Shown here: piece by piece, positions 39,659-53,332 of the stretch
Layout: every line of letters starts with the position of its first letter
Position numbering within the stretch: the first letter of the stretch is position 1
From: Daphnia carinata
Lineage: Eukaryota
DNA length: 64,000 bases
Assembly (NCBI RefSeq): GCF_022539665.2
Contig: NC_081333.1
Coordinates: forward strand, 4,712,001 to 4,776,000
Reading direction: 5' to 3'
Made by a program: the position numbers and the translations under genes
Notes under the pieces: generated by a model
The model's database searches: none
Told to the model about the DNA's origin: nothing
What the model saw: only the letters and a program-made list of their open reading frames with translations

Positions 39659-42600
39659 TCATAAGTGATGCCCGTGACACGGGCAAGACGAGGACGTGGG
39701 CGACGACGAAGAAGGAGATCCAAGGAAATGCAGCGTATCGCTTATCTTCCTCCGCGGGGACGCAGATAACGAAGAGCGCAACGTCAGTGATGGCTGAACT
39801 TCAACAGAAGGATTGGTTCCTACGGAATCATCAATTAAATAAGTCTGGTGCCAATAAGTCAATCATTCAGTCAATTTCATTACATGGCGTGGCAACAAAA
39901 ATCGTGAAAACAGGGTCTTTGAAAAAAGGAGTTATTCATTAAGAATACGTGGGTGAAAGGTTAACTTCTCAGCTGCCAGGGAACGTATTTTAAAAGCGCT
40001 TACACTTTGCCTTGATTTTTATAAGGCGCGTAGGTTTTGAAATGTGTACCTGGAAAGCTTCGGCAAGGGCTTGTGAAGGAGAGCGATGATTTGCGTTGGC
40101 GGATTGGCATTGGACTTGTCGCTGCTGCCATGGCCGCTGCAGCTGGATTATTTGTCGCTATCAAACTGCGTCGCTTCGGGCTGCGGAACAATTGACTGCG
40201 GGAAGTAAGTGCCGGGCTTGATTCACCACCAGCTCCAGCGGTCGCCAGCGCTCCGCTGAGCACTGACTTGTCCCCTGTCAAATTCAAATGAAAGAAAAAT
40301 TCGTTAAATCAGTACGTTGCCTTACTTGTGTTTTGCGCACGATCAGTGTGAGAACAACGTATCTATGCTAACGTTTGATGGCGCAATGCTACACACAAAC
40401 GGTGTCACTAGGTTCGCTGCAACGTGGTCAGTGGAATACAACAATTTGCTAATCTTCTCCGACCTTTAATGCAGGTTTTGTTAAGAGTTATGTAAGCTGG
40501 TATGTGTAGACATTTTCGGGGCTACAGGCATACTAAACACCTTCATCAAAATTTTGTTTGCGGGTAATGGTAGGGCACGAGACTGTTACTGGGTTTTCTT
40601 ATTGACTAGTTTCAATAATTTGCTTGAAAAATGTATCAAAGAACTAATTTCGCTGGTGAAGTATAGCAATGTTAGAATGATAGAAAACATTGCTTATTAT
40701 ATAGATAGTCATATTGACTTCTTTACACATCTATTACAAGGTCGTTGTTGCAAAATTTAATTCAATAACGAAATTTTGAAAGTAAAGTTTGGACAACATC
40801 AAGACCATGAGAGCATTTCCGTCTGACTCGAGTGGGTGGTGATGGATGGAATAAGTGCCACGCCAAGGAAAAGCTGCAAGAGTTAATCTTCGCCATCTAT
40901 TTCAGAAAGCCTTGCCAAAAGGTAAGTATTTCCTTGGAAGCATATTCGTTCTGCGAACTCGGCGCTACGGTTTGTAATCGATGATACAATTTAGATCATC
41001 CTTCCACAGACGTCGTGAATACTCTACATTATATGATATTGCTGTTTATCAAGGGTTCAACATATTGACAACGTGAGAAATGAAATTCCAGTAGCATATC
41101 TATGTTGCAAGACGTTTAAGCGAGATTTTGAAGTTGACAGCCTTGAGACATTGAGAGTTGACTAACTTTTGGCATGGCGTAGAATAAAAAAAAAAGAATT
41201 TTTCATTAAAGAAGGTTGAAAGGCAGAGGACTTTTTTTTCAAATTTCTGATTTCCAAATGTGAAAGATTTACGTAGGACAATGTGTCACAGGTATTTAAT
41301 CCGATAAGAACAGCCTACCCTGATGACCGAACTCCGACGTATCACAAGATCCTTGCTGATGATGAAGCATACTCATGCTGGATCGACGACTACACGGTGA
41401 TTGGCAACTTAGATCACAGGAGCAATCCATGGCTAACAATCCGCTTTCCAAGCTGTCTACGTCCGAATGGCTGTTCAACTTCTTCCGGCGCCTGAACCGA
41501 GTTCTCCCCGAACCACTTTGAAATGCATCTGTTAAGCAAATGTGCAGTTATTATTTATGAATCAACAATCTAATTAGATTAATAATAGAAAACAATTCTA
41601 AAATATTGATAAACAGAATGATGAATTCTTCTAAAGCATTATTTTTAATTTGTTTTGTTTTTTCATGTCTTACAGATGCCCGCCATTGTTATGGTTTTCT
41701 TTGCTTTGTACGAAGCGATTCAGCACCCCACCTGTTGTTGCACGCAACGTGGCTTTTATATGTTACCACTTGCTTTGTGGTTGTTAGAACTGTATACAGC
41801 CTGAATATAAATGAATATAGTACCTGTGAAAGGACTTGTGATGAGGCTTTTAGGTCGGCACGTAACATTCATAACGTCCTTGCACATCTTGTGTGCAGTG
41901 AGGCCGCATTCGCGACATTTGTATCCTTGGCGTAATGGTCCCCATAACTGTGTATACAAGCAAACGCAACAGATCACAGCAAAGTAATGAAAGCTGTTGG
42001 TAGCAAGCCACTAAGCGTTATTACCAATCCGTTACAATGAGCACAAGTACACGGTCTGAAGGAATTCGTTTCTTGAAAATCGTGTCGGGATTGGCGGTCA
42101 TCGTCCGTCATCCCATTCGGCTGCTGTTGTTGCGGCTGGGGCGGTTCATCAGTTGTTCCCACGCAAGACGCGATCGGATTCCCAGATGGAGGGGAACGCT
42201 GGATGAGTTTGAGCAGCTCATGTTTGGGTTGGCCGAAAACTGCGTCGACCATGTCGTTCATTCGTTCTTCGAGCGTTTTTTTCCGTTCCGCAGCGCCCAA
42301 ACCGCCACCCAAGGCGTCCTGTTCGTTATCGCTACTAGTTGAATTCAACCGTTGCGGCAACGGCTCAGCTGGTAACGACAGTGACAACGAAATCGTATGC
42401 GGTGAAGAGATGGACGATGAACGGGATGTGTCGTGCTGAAAACAATCAAATAAAGGTGACAATGAACACGGGCTCTTTGAGATGATCCGAGCCATTTTGC
42501 ATGTAGACACTTACTGGAACCAGACTGACGGCCGTGTTGGGTGTTAGAGATGTTTGCGTTTGATTTGCTTGTCCTGTGGTAGGCCAGTCGCTCAGGAGCG

Positions 42601-45525
42601 ATGGTCGGGTAGGAGAAGACTGAGGCTAATACATAATGAATAGTGAACATCATAAAACTTATTGATATGATTCAAATCATGTAATCAAATACTTACGGAC
42701 AATGAATCTCTAGGCTCCCTTGCCAATGACAGTTCATAAATTTCATCCTCGGTATAGGCTAATTCCAGAGAAACCTATCAATTGTGGCCCAAGCGATTAT
42801 GCACATTTCGATGGTTTAATCATAATTGGCAAGACTGTTACCCTTAAGGTATTGACGAGATCTATATTAGCTCCCGTAGGTGGCGTAGCATTCTGTAATT
42901 CCTGGAGCTCTTGAAAAATGAGCGATAGTTGCGCCATTTTACGAAAGTTTATGAGGCCGCCTTCCAGTGAATCCGAAAGGGCAACATGGAGAGAGATGAG
43001 GTCCTTCATATGCACGCCTCTGTCAAAACGCGTAACAAATAATGACGATCGAAAAAAAAAAGGAATAAATAAACGTATTAATGATTATTTTGCACTCCGT
43101 CAACGACATTTCGTCGTAGCAGTCGCGTCTACGGCACTATTAAAGTGTGTATGACATAATTATTTAGGTCATCATTATTACAAAATGGGAATCTTGAAGC
43201 CTTTGCATTCTTGAAGTGCTCGCCGGTAATTGGAGAAATTGGAAGAAGAGGACAGAAATTCGGTCAGTTCGGCGAGCGATCGTTGCGAGTCGGCTGGAAC
43301 GCGCGACGATGTCCGACTTAAACGAGCCAAGGAGCTATGACTCAGTCCGCCAACGACAGCCATCAGCGAGTTGAAGTTTCGAAGCTCCTTCAGTTTCTAC
43401 AACAGCAGTGCGATACAATAGATAAATGTAAACGGCATTGTCATGTCTCTCTTTCTTTCGTTTTCTTTACCTTGGTGACGTCAATGAGTTTAACAACGAC
43501 TTCGGCTCGTTGCTGAGGTGTGCTCCGACTTAAGACCATACACTGAACCCATTGAGTGAGGCCATTGAACAAGTTGACCGACCGTTCTAAACGAGGGTTA
43601 TCGCTTAGTGAACCCGTAACGGCGTACTGCTTGTAATCCTGAAACTGTTTCATTAAGTTAAAAGATAAATGAGCTTGGCCCCCGTCACGTTACACAAAGT
43701 CCAAGTATTAACTGAAAGGCGCACTTAATGCTTGGTTCTTATTCAACGAATGTGTTCCTTTTAGAATGCTTTAGTTTTGATTATCGACATCTATGGAGAT
43801 GGTCATGTCATTGTATCCCGTATGAGTTTCTTTTGAAGTTTAGACGCGCACAGCCGCGCCCGCTTAACCCAATTGCGAATGAGGAAATGGTGGCCAACCA
43901 TTTCCACCGACCCCAGCGCTGATGTTGTTTTTCTTCCGTCTCAATAGAACAAAAAAAGGAAACGATTTTGGACTGGTCGATCACAGCGGAAATAGAGGTG
44001 TGACCTCCAAGGAAAGTAAGGGATTTCCGTGTTGAAAGGTTCACGCCTTTACGCCCGTTAGTCTATTATACAGTGCATCGCACTGCACATGGACGCAAGC
44101 AGGCAAGGCGGAACCAACATATTGCGTCGCAAGCATAATTGCGACCCTCTCTCTCACCATATAATAAGTGAGGCCTTGAAATATTTTTAACTGGCAGCGC
44201 ATACCGTTCCGTGGCTCAAAGGAAAATGAACAAACTCTAAACTAGCATAAGAACAGATTTATACTTACACTAATTCGCCTCATGATGCGATGCTCCAAGT
44301 AGGTTAAGTGTTTGGCCAGTTCAGAAGGCTCCAAGTGGTTGAAGACGAGGGAGACTTTGCGGCAATGTTTGACGCTGGGATCGCGGACCGAGATGTTGCG
44401 AATCCAGTCGTAGGATGGTAGACAACCGAGATCGATGAGCGAAGCCAGTTCTTGGTAGCCGGACCGATCGTCGACGGCTAGCCAACGCTGCCAATCTTTG
44501 ATGAGAGCCGACAGCTTGGCGTCCAAGTCAAAATGAACGGGGAATTGTCGAATCCAGAAGCGGACGGCATAGCAGACGGAGCGTCGGAATTTGTAGATCT
44601 GACACGACGCCAGATGGTCGTGCTTGCACTGGCCGAGTGCTGGACACTGATCACTCGCCCGCGTGATGTCCATTTGACTTTTCTCCGACGTACTGGATTT
44701 TTCACCTAATTGGTTGGACATGTCGACGCTGTCGGCTGCCATGGCACTTAGCTTGCTATAATGATAGCTGAAATAGTTATCGTCATCGGCGCCAATGCAC
44801 GCCGGCCGCGGGATAAGGACTGAATTAGAACGGCCGTTGGCTGCCCGCATCAGAGACGGACTTCTCAGTCCTAAATTCCCATTGTAATCATCCTGTCAAA
44901 ACATTGGATCGAGCAAATAAATACTTTTTTTTTCGCCAAAGACGAACTCGACGGATGTTTTCCATTTGCGCGAGCAAGGTCTCAAGATGTTACCTGTTTT
45001 CGCGACAGTATAACGCTCGACGGACGAGAAGACGGGCCAGTTTCCTGGCTCCCGTTCGCGTCCGTTCTGGTACTCTGTTGAACTATGGCGAGGAGACTCT
45101 GATAGTCCGCATGATAAGACGGCTTTCCTGATTCAAATAAGCGCCATAAGTCGTTGGCCAGGGATTCGGATGTGGTGAACCACTTGTGCATCAAGAAGAA
45201 GATGTTGGGATAGTTAGCGGCAGATTCCAGTACACCACCGTCGTCGTCTGCCTTGTTCGATTTGTGATTAATATCATAATTTATGGGGGGGGGGGACAGT
45301 CACGTATCAAACTATACCAAAACAGGTAATGCAGAGTTCGATGAGGGACGGCAATGAAGCTGATCGGATTCTCAATGAAAGTCCAAACAGAGATGGTAAA
45401 CTGGGCGACGTACTGGAACGGTCTTCAGCATCCAGGAGTATCCCGCTACTTACTCCGACACCAGCGAGACCTGAGCTGCTATTTTCGGTGGAGGGCGCCG
45501 ATGATACGGTGACTCCAGACGACAT
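39659..45525 (-). CDS. RASGRP: Ras guanyl-releasing protein (RasGRP/CalDAG-GEF family): REM + CDC25 RasGEF + C1, about 990 aa
   Basis: Thirteen phase-compatible GT-AG exons: 45525-45318, 45247-44994, 44892-44269, 43644-43471, 43396-43182, 43019-42842, 42774-42697, 42625-42515, 42435-42025, 41947-41824, 41528-41319, 40274-40050, 39819-39659 (TGA); total 2973 nt. Motifs: [132 protein letters not shown] and a C1 zinc finger. The start Met at 45525 is the first ATG in that exon; upstream coding exons are possible. Confidence 0.93.
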
Positions 45526-45795
45526 CTTAGACGTGTTACATTCTGAATTTATTCGTAAAAAGAGAAGGAATGAAGTTAAAGCGCAAAATGGCCGAGTTGA
45601 ACTGTTTTCGGTATAAATCTGTTTTAGCAGGTACAACAGGTGGCTTCAGACGGAACAAAGAAACAAAAACAAAAAGACACGTTAATGGCCCAACAGCGTA
45701 CTACTTCCTAGTATCACGTTGGCATGAGTGCGCTTTTATTGGTTAGCATTACTTTTTCCTGCGCGTTTGAATGTATTTATGTAGGTACTGTATAC

Positions 45796-45923
45796 CTGTG
45801 GAACAGCAACTGTGCTTTGTCCAGCCGCCCCACGGACGTAGGAATGGTAGTAACGGACGACGCAAGATTGTCAGCGATTTATCGTGATGTTCCCGATTCA
45901 CAATTGAGAACGCACTCGTTTTT
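45796..45923 (-). other. Candidate upstream RasGRP exon
   Basis: Flanked by CATCAG| and CAG|GTATAC. One frame is open and ends in phase 1, matching the acceptor at 45543 upstream of the ATG at 45525. Confidence 0.35.
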
Positions 45924-48900
45924 CTGATGAAGCGATTAACAAAGGCTAGCTTGCTAGGCCGCCGGTTGTTTCGATAAAAACCCATTGGCTGGGATTTTTT
46001 TGTGATTTATTATCAGATGTTTGCTTGTTTTTTTGTTTTGTTTTTACAATGGAAACATGGAATCAGCTTGATTCAAATACCCAACAGAAGGACAGGGCGG
46101 ACACTAATATTTCAATGGTAAGCGACACTATGAAAATGATTTTTACGCGGAGACACTGAAGATGTCTAGTCGCGTACGTCGGAACAGCGACTACTACAGT
46201 CGTAAGCGACCTCGTCGATCAAGTAACTCTCAAGGGCTTATGATCAAACAGAAATGCTGTCGTATGACAAATCGGGCAGAATTGTGAATACGATCGTCAT
46301 GAATAAATAATGTACTATAGAAATCAAAAAGCAGTCCAACAAAACAAGAAAACAAAGAGGGCAGGAGGTAACCTCTCATATCGAAGGCGGAGCCTGCCGG
46401 CCATGGGTGTGAGACAGAAAGCCTTACTGGAAAACATTTGGTGTCTTACAACGCATGTTGGCGGGCTGCAACACCCGTAGTTCTACTGGCATGTAGTCCT
46501 ACAATCCGACGTCTGCGCGACAAACTGAACAGCTCGTAAACGCAATGATATACGTTTCACTAGCATTTCTACCGCACAGACACTAGGATCTTTCGTTGAG
46601 CTGGATAGTAAGCATTACATTTGAAGCATCGGCAAGTCACAGTAAAATGGGAAATGCTTTTTAGAAAAAAACAATCTCCAGTTATGGCTTTCGACCGTTT
46701 TTCTTTCAAAATGTAAACATTCCAGAGAGATTCAAAACTTCAATCTATTTACCGGGATGGGTGGCAACCGATTTTAAAGCCGTACAATCGGTCAAGAATC
46801 CGTTTGAATCTCAAAACCATCTGTGAATTTTGAGCTAAAATGATAAAGCTCACGCTAACTTAATGGACTTTGAAAATGCTGGGATTTCGAGCCAAGTTAT
46901 TGATTCTTTAGCATAAACAAGAAATTCGGACCTGAATGGTTAAAATTCGGCAATCGTAACAATTTGTGCTGGGGTTATCAACCCATCAGAAAAGAAACAA
47001 GCAAGGAAACATATGCTGACCTGATTCCTGTAATATTTAATGATTATTTTCAACATTTTCCCCAATAGCAGTGTGTAACCCTTAGCGTGGAATAAGGAAC
47101 TTGTCCCGGTGTATAGTTAACGCAATTCTTGCATGCTTTCCGCAGAGTGCCTGGGCAGAGCAAAAGCAATACCCAGAGAGATACAATACATTTTCTTAAC
47201 GCATTTTACGTACAGTATAATCACGTGATCAAAAGCGCAAAGATCATATTTGTCGCGTTACTGATTCGTATACGAAAGAAATGCTATCCCACATCAAATT
47301 ATTCTGAATATGAGTGAAAACGAAACACGTAAGACACGTGCATCGATATCGACTAGTATTCAGCGCTAGGCGTCCTCGAAGTGTACATGACGCAACAACA
47401 GTAAATAACAAATAACATGAAAGACTCACCTGCGACAAGGCCGGACGGGCAGCTACTGCGATTTTCCATTGCGTGGTCAGGAAGATGCGGGGACATTCCA
47501 ATCGGAGGGGCGCCAATCCCAACGACCATAATATGCAGAATCCAGTGCCAATGGAATCTCAAAACGACGTTGATCCTCTTTGCGTCCTTGGACGGTACCG
47601 TCGTAGATTTCAAATGCTGATGGTTTAAATGTTGTCTCCTTCTAGATCCATTTGTTCAATAGGCATAACAAACACGATGACAGCAACGACGGTTACGAGC
47701 GAATCAAGATCTTGTTTACGCTCTAATCCGCACCCTTCCTAGTGTCAGAGTAAAAAACATTATTTTAGTACAGAACGGGTAAGCGCCAACAGTAGGCGGA
47801 AATGATGAACACTTTTATCAACTAGCTAAATTAGTTTACCGGCACTTTACACTAATTATATTTTGATTCTAGATGCGCTTACGACCTGCAGCAATCGCGA
47901 TACTTAAAGCCGACTACGGAGGTGATCACGCCCCCCACCCGCCGCCCCGTTTTTTAAATCGATGTTCGTTGCTGCGCACATATAGCTATATATATATATA
48001 TATTGTACGGTTCAAGCAAGCTTACAAGTCATTAGAAAGAAAGGTAACAACAACACGGGAAAAAAGAAATTAACCGAGTGCGTATGAACTCTCACCGCAT
48101 CACTAGAGAAAGAGCAACGGTGTTGGTCTAGGGCCTCTGTTTTGTTCCACGTGTATCATACACTAGTTGTTCTTCTGTTTTCTTTTTTAGTAGGAAGAAA
48201 CGAAGCGTACGATAGACTTTCGCAAAACGTGTTGATATTCGATATTAAATATTTTATTTATTTATTTTTTTTTCGGTTGTCGTCAATAGCCGAGAAAGGC
48301 AGGGAATGGATAAAAATGCAGAGAGTGGCGCATGCTGTTAGTGTCGACGAGGACGCCTGTGCGTGCGTAGTACGTCCGTGCGTCATAGGGGATTTTTTCT
48401 TTCTTCATGGGGGAAGGAAAGAGATTGGGGGAATAGAGGTGGACATTTGACTCGCCCATGTAAACCACCTTATCACAATTGTGCGGCCTGAGCTTTTTGC
48501 TTTACTGGATCAACGCCATCACCATTACTTTTTGGCAACATGCAATAAATAAAGCTTCATTGATCTTATACCCTTTTCGTGGCCATTCCCAAGTACAGCC
48601 CGGTATGCACTGCAATATAGGGTGCGAATAAGTACGGGCAGCCACACGAGTGCATCGAGTTTCAACGTTACAAAAAAAAAATTTGCAATTTTGCTTCGAA
48701 TTTCGACCCGTTTGAAAATGCCAATGTTAAGAGTAAGGGACCGTGAGCAGCTTGTTGGTATAAGTGAATTGGTAGGATGTAATCAACAGGCGGAAAAATA
48801 TTATAACAAAACAACTGTCACTTTCTACACCAAAAATTAAAAACAAAACAAAACAAACAAAAAAAAAGATAGATGAAGGGCAACTAATGAAATCTCATGG

Positions 48901-50104
48901 TTGGTCGATTTACGTTTAAAGGCCAAATCTAAGGAATTTCGACAATTTTTTTTTCAAAGATAAAAAACAATTTAAAAATCAACAACCCTGCATTAAAATT
49001 TGTTCATTCCACACCGCTGTTACAAAGGTAAAGCAGTTGTTTTCACTTCAGCTTTCCAAATTGGGTTTCTTTCTGGTAGATACATGTGTCCTTCTACGCT
49101 TGCTTCCGATTTTGGGGACACCATGATAGTTGACCAATCACGCATGAAAGTTTGTATAGGTTTTTTTATTTGGCGCAGATGGCGCTAAGCGTTTGAACAT
49201 TTTATAGTGGGGGCTTCCATGTAACCAACTCAAATAATTTAGGTTGGATGATATTTCGGCAGGATGCAGCAACATCCGATGATCAAATGCCGATCGATCG
49301 AAGTTTTCGGAATGGGACATTTTGTCAAATGTTACATTATCGGACATGATAGCTACATGGACCGCGGTGGAATTCCTTTCGTTATTTGATGTTCATGCGT
49401 CATTTATAAATAGTTATAAGGGAAAACAGCGGGTCCTGTCGTTGCCGGATAGAGTGGGGCTGCGGAATAGAAAACCAAACGTCACGCACAAGTGAAAGGA
49501 GGCTAGTTCTCCAAACGACACGCCCTATGCCGTGAGTAGGCCAGCAATAACATCGTCCAATCATTGATTATTTAATGCCCCTCGATGTTTCGAACATAAA
49601 CCAGCTCACATCAAAAAGCTCTATTGATATACGGAGACTAATATTTCAACTACAAGGTCGAAAAATGGCAGCTGACCTTAACATAACGCCAAATGCGTTT
49701 TCTTGTTTTCAATCATCTTGTTTGCAGCACATTTTCAAGATTCTTAGGCGTTAATTTGTTATTCAACGTTTCCTTCTGGGACAGACAGCTGTCAATTCTT
49801 AGTCATGTTCATTTTTATGGCATGCACATATTTTACGCAAGCGTCGCATTAAGGTGGTATTCTTACAGCTAAGCAGCAGGCAAGCAGTGCGCCGAGAGCC
49901 ACGAGAAAGCAGGAGAAGATGGAATTATAGTGCAAAACCGCTTGGCCAAGACCACGTCTAGCAGCCGAGTCCCCTCTCTATCACTGCCATGAGTATGTAG
50001 GTGGCCCCACCTATTGATTTTCGTTCGTAACATACACACACACACACACGCGCGCGCTGTCTTGGTGTCTCTCATTCCTACTTTCCTACTCTTTTTCGTC
50101 TCCG

Positions 50105-50170
<66 letters not shown>

Positions 50171-50190
50171 CATTCTCTCTCTCTCTTCTC
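50105..50190. repeat. Imperfect (CT)n / GAGA-type microsatellite
   Basis: Directly visible, upstream of the RasGRP coding exons; it creates the spurious (ER)n and (LS)n ORFs. Confidence 0.92.
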
Positions 50191-50854
50191 CTTGTCTTCT
50201 CCTTTTCCTCTGCGCCCGAGAACCAGCCAAACTTCCGCACACCCCCACCAAGCATAATGTGATAGACTATCGTCGTCGGGAAACTCTATTCCTGTTCGAC
50301 GTCTCGCATCCCGGCCAATCCAAAACACTAGGTTAGCGTCACATTTATAAACGTAGCAGATGGCACCTGTACAGCGTTCAACCACCAGTCGAATCATAAA
50401 TCGTGTACATGCTCTACTTGTACAATTCGATAATAGATCTGAAATTTTGCAAGGAAATCTAGAACATGTTTGGGTTTCACATGTTCAGACACATTTCTGG
50501 TATCCCTATGGCCGAATGCGTAAACAGAAGAGACAAACGAACCAAGGTAGTGAGGATCCCCCCCCCCCCCCCCCAGTCTCTCAGTTCAATGATGTTTTTA
50601 TTGACATGATGGACCACCGGACACAGGTTAATGGACGCACTGCACGAACGCGAACCAAAATGCGTATCGATCGGAGAACATGAAGAAAAAAAATTATTGA
50701 GTTGCTGTCTAACGTTAGCGGTATACGCTCCAAGAATACCCTCTAACGTACAAGATCGCAGTAAAGTACACAGCACTTGGTGAATTCTAAATGACTTCGA
50801 AAATAATAGTGAAAACAAGAAAAGAAAAGAAAGGGATTTCAGTTTTTTCCTCAC

Positions 50855-51110
50855 CTTTCGATTCGAACGTCAGACTGAGTTTGTCGAGACAGACGGCCGA
50901 GACAACGTGCACTGATCGACACATATGGAAAGCACATTAGCAGCAGGGCTACGATGAACGCGACGAAGTTGCTGTACCACAAAAACTCATCAGCAAGACA
51001 AAGACGACGAACAAAGAGAAGAATCCACAACGAGAAAAAAATAAACATCGAAACTCGCTGGAGATCGGAGAATCGCTCACACCACAGTAACTACGGCCGC
51101 ATGTAGATGG
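50855..51110 (-). other. Candidate 5' (probably untranslated) exon of the RasGRP gene
   Basis: Strong minus-strand donor AAG|GTGAGG at 50854, upstream of RasGRP and downstream of the FAM161-like stop. The upstream boundary is a guess. Confidence 0.3.
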
Positions 51111-53332
51111 AATTATAAAAATATTGTCGTGAAACTAACGCTTGGGAAGTGGGCGACAACGACGGCGACTTGCAAGTAAAAGGGCGTCGTGTCGTCGTCG
51201 TTTTGGGCTCAGTCTTAGACATGTTGCTATAGAAACAGAGAATAGCCGGGGAAATACATGGAGCTACAGCCTGCGGCTGCCGCGCATGCTCTTTAATGTC
51301 ACAGGATTTTTAATTCGTGAATGACGCCATTGCCCGGTTGAATTACGAGAGACAGATAAATATAGATCTTAAAAACAAGAACAGAATTATAAAAACAAAC
51401 GAAAACGATAAACAAAAGAAAGCACACAAAAAAATAGAAACAAAAGTTATGTGGAAATCGGGATGCCTTATAACTTTATGTTCCACTGTTTGTCGAGAGA
51501 CATATAGCGCCTGCGGTGCACCTGTCCAGCGTCCCGATACCGCGCAGGTTTTCGGCCAAGACTTGCCCTAACACGAAAACAAAGACAGGGCGTAATTATT
51601 GGTCGCATACTAGTTTAATATGCCATCATACATACGCATGTTCTAGGAATAAATTACATGGCTGAAACGAAGAAGAAGAAATTCAACCATCTCGTTCATT
51701 GAAAATGTAAAACGATAATTTATTTCTAAATAACGTAACTTTTGAAGGAACTGTTACGTTACAAATCAATTGGCTATTTAGGTCGCATAAAAATAAAACG
51801 CTACATTTACAGTGACACTTGTTACCTCCTTGTGTGACATTCGTTGTTTCCCTTACTCATCACGCATTCTCGTATGTTAAATGCGTATGTTTACCTCCAT
51901 TAACATAACGACAACGACATTTGAGCGTTGGACGGTGCACTTATGTGGGCGCTGTTCGAAGAGGCAGTCTGCGTGAAGTTATATAGATGCTGAGGCCATC
52001 TGTAGTCTAGTTCATCGACAACGAAACCGGAAATCGAGGAATAGCAACGATATGATATTATGCCGACGAGGAAATAAGGTCTTATAACTCAGTTTCAACG
52101 GTCTGTGGGTGCAATGGAAACCTTTTCACTAATTAAAAAAAATAATTAACCAATAAGGATCACCGAAGAAGAGTTTTGCAACATATCGTTAGCACTGCAT
52201 TATCAAGCAGTACAACTATAGCGAGGACATTTTCTGTTGTTAAACCTATTGGTACCATTGATACGCTAGTAGCTGGGAATTTTATGAATGTCCTTGGCAA
52301 TTGGTTGGCAATGTCCACATATTTGTAATTTCACTGGCTCATTGTCTTCTTTTAACATCAGAGAGCCCAGGTGCAGCGTGGTTTTGCATGATACATCATT
52401 CAACTTAAACTTGTTCTTTTTTTGGAATTACTAACACTGTAGAAGAGAATCAACGTAACCCTCAAATGGCCAAAAGTACCCTACGTCGTCCTTGCAATGG
52501 AGTTAACCAATTAAACTGGTTGTTGACAACAATTCATTTCTCTTCCTACTTTTCAATCTGTTTTCCGTCATGGCTTACAGCGTGTTTATTACAAATAGCA
52601 ATACTATTACTGACCATAAACAATCAGTAATGAAACCAATTGAACTTGCAATAAATCTTTAATCTAAAAAGTGGTTAAGGTGTTGCAAATGCTTCCTCCG
52701 GGCTTCGCCTGACTTTGCCTGAATGATTCAAGAACATGTAAAACTTTAATCATTTGTTTGGTAAAAATTAATAATGTGCTTGTAGCAGCCTCACTCATAG
52801 CAAACCTCTGATGTATCAGCTTTTAAAACGGCATTTACCTCTCCATGAATTTTCTAATACGCTTTTTTACTCGGGGCTTTTTTTTTTTTTTTACTTAGGC
52901 CTACCCCTATAAATAAAAGTGCCATTTTTTCGTTAAAAATCCGAGGAGATTTTACAATTATGGCACCCTATTTCGTTGAATGTTATCGTATGAACACCTT
53001 CGTAAATTATAATTCTCTAATACATGTGACGCGTAGTACTCAAACAGTATCTTTCACAAAGTTCTTCAACGATGACGAACAATTTATGAAACCCAAGCAT
53101 TATGCGTACATGTTGAACAAGAAAAACGGAGTTGAATGATTCTCGCTTATTTTGACAGATACAAACATAGAAATTGGTCTCAACTGATGGAAGGAAACAA
53201 AATGGAGTAGCAAAATGTCAATAATGTGCTTTAGTGAAATATCCACTGCAACCAAAGGGTTCCAGTTGGCTACGTATATAAAGGCTGTTAAGCGATACTT
53301 AAGGATCCCATAAAAAAAAAGCTTAATTTCTC

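Noticed and set aside
39669..39685. Inverted repeat TGCCCGTG-A-CACGGGCA just before the RasGRP TGA (readthrough or SECIS idea)
   Set aside because: It lies 5' of the stop within coding sequence, has a 1-nt loop and shows no SECIS features.
42037..42439. Plus-strand ORFs overlapping RasGRP (also 45329-45616, and 55643-56134 in the FAM161-like gene)
   Set aside because: Antisense shadows of real minus-strand exons.
49869..50262. (ER)n and (LS)n ORFs
   Set aside because: Products of the CT/GA microsatellite.
50851..51048. 65-aa hydrophobic ORF resembling a small membrane protein
   Set aside because: It ends at a strong splice donor and is explained by T-rich leader sequence; no family motif. 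At most a uORF.
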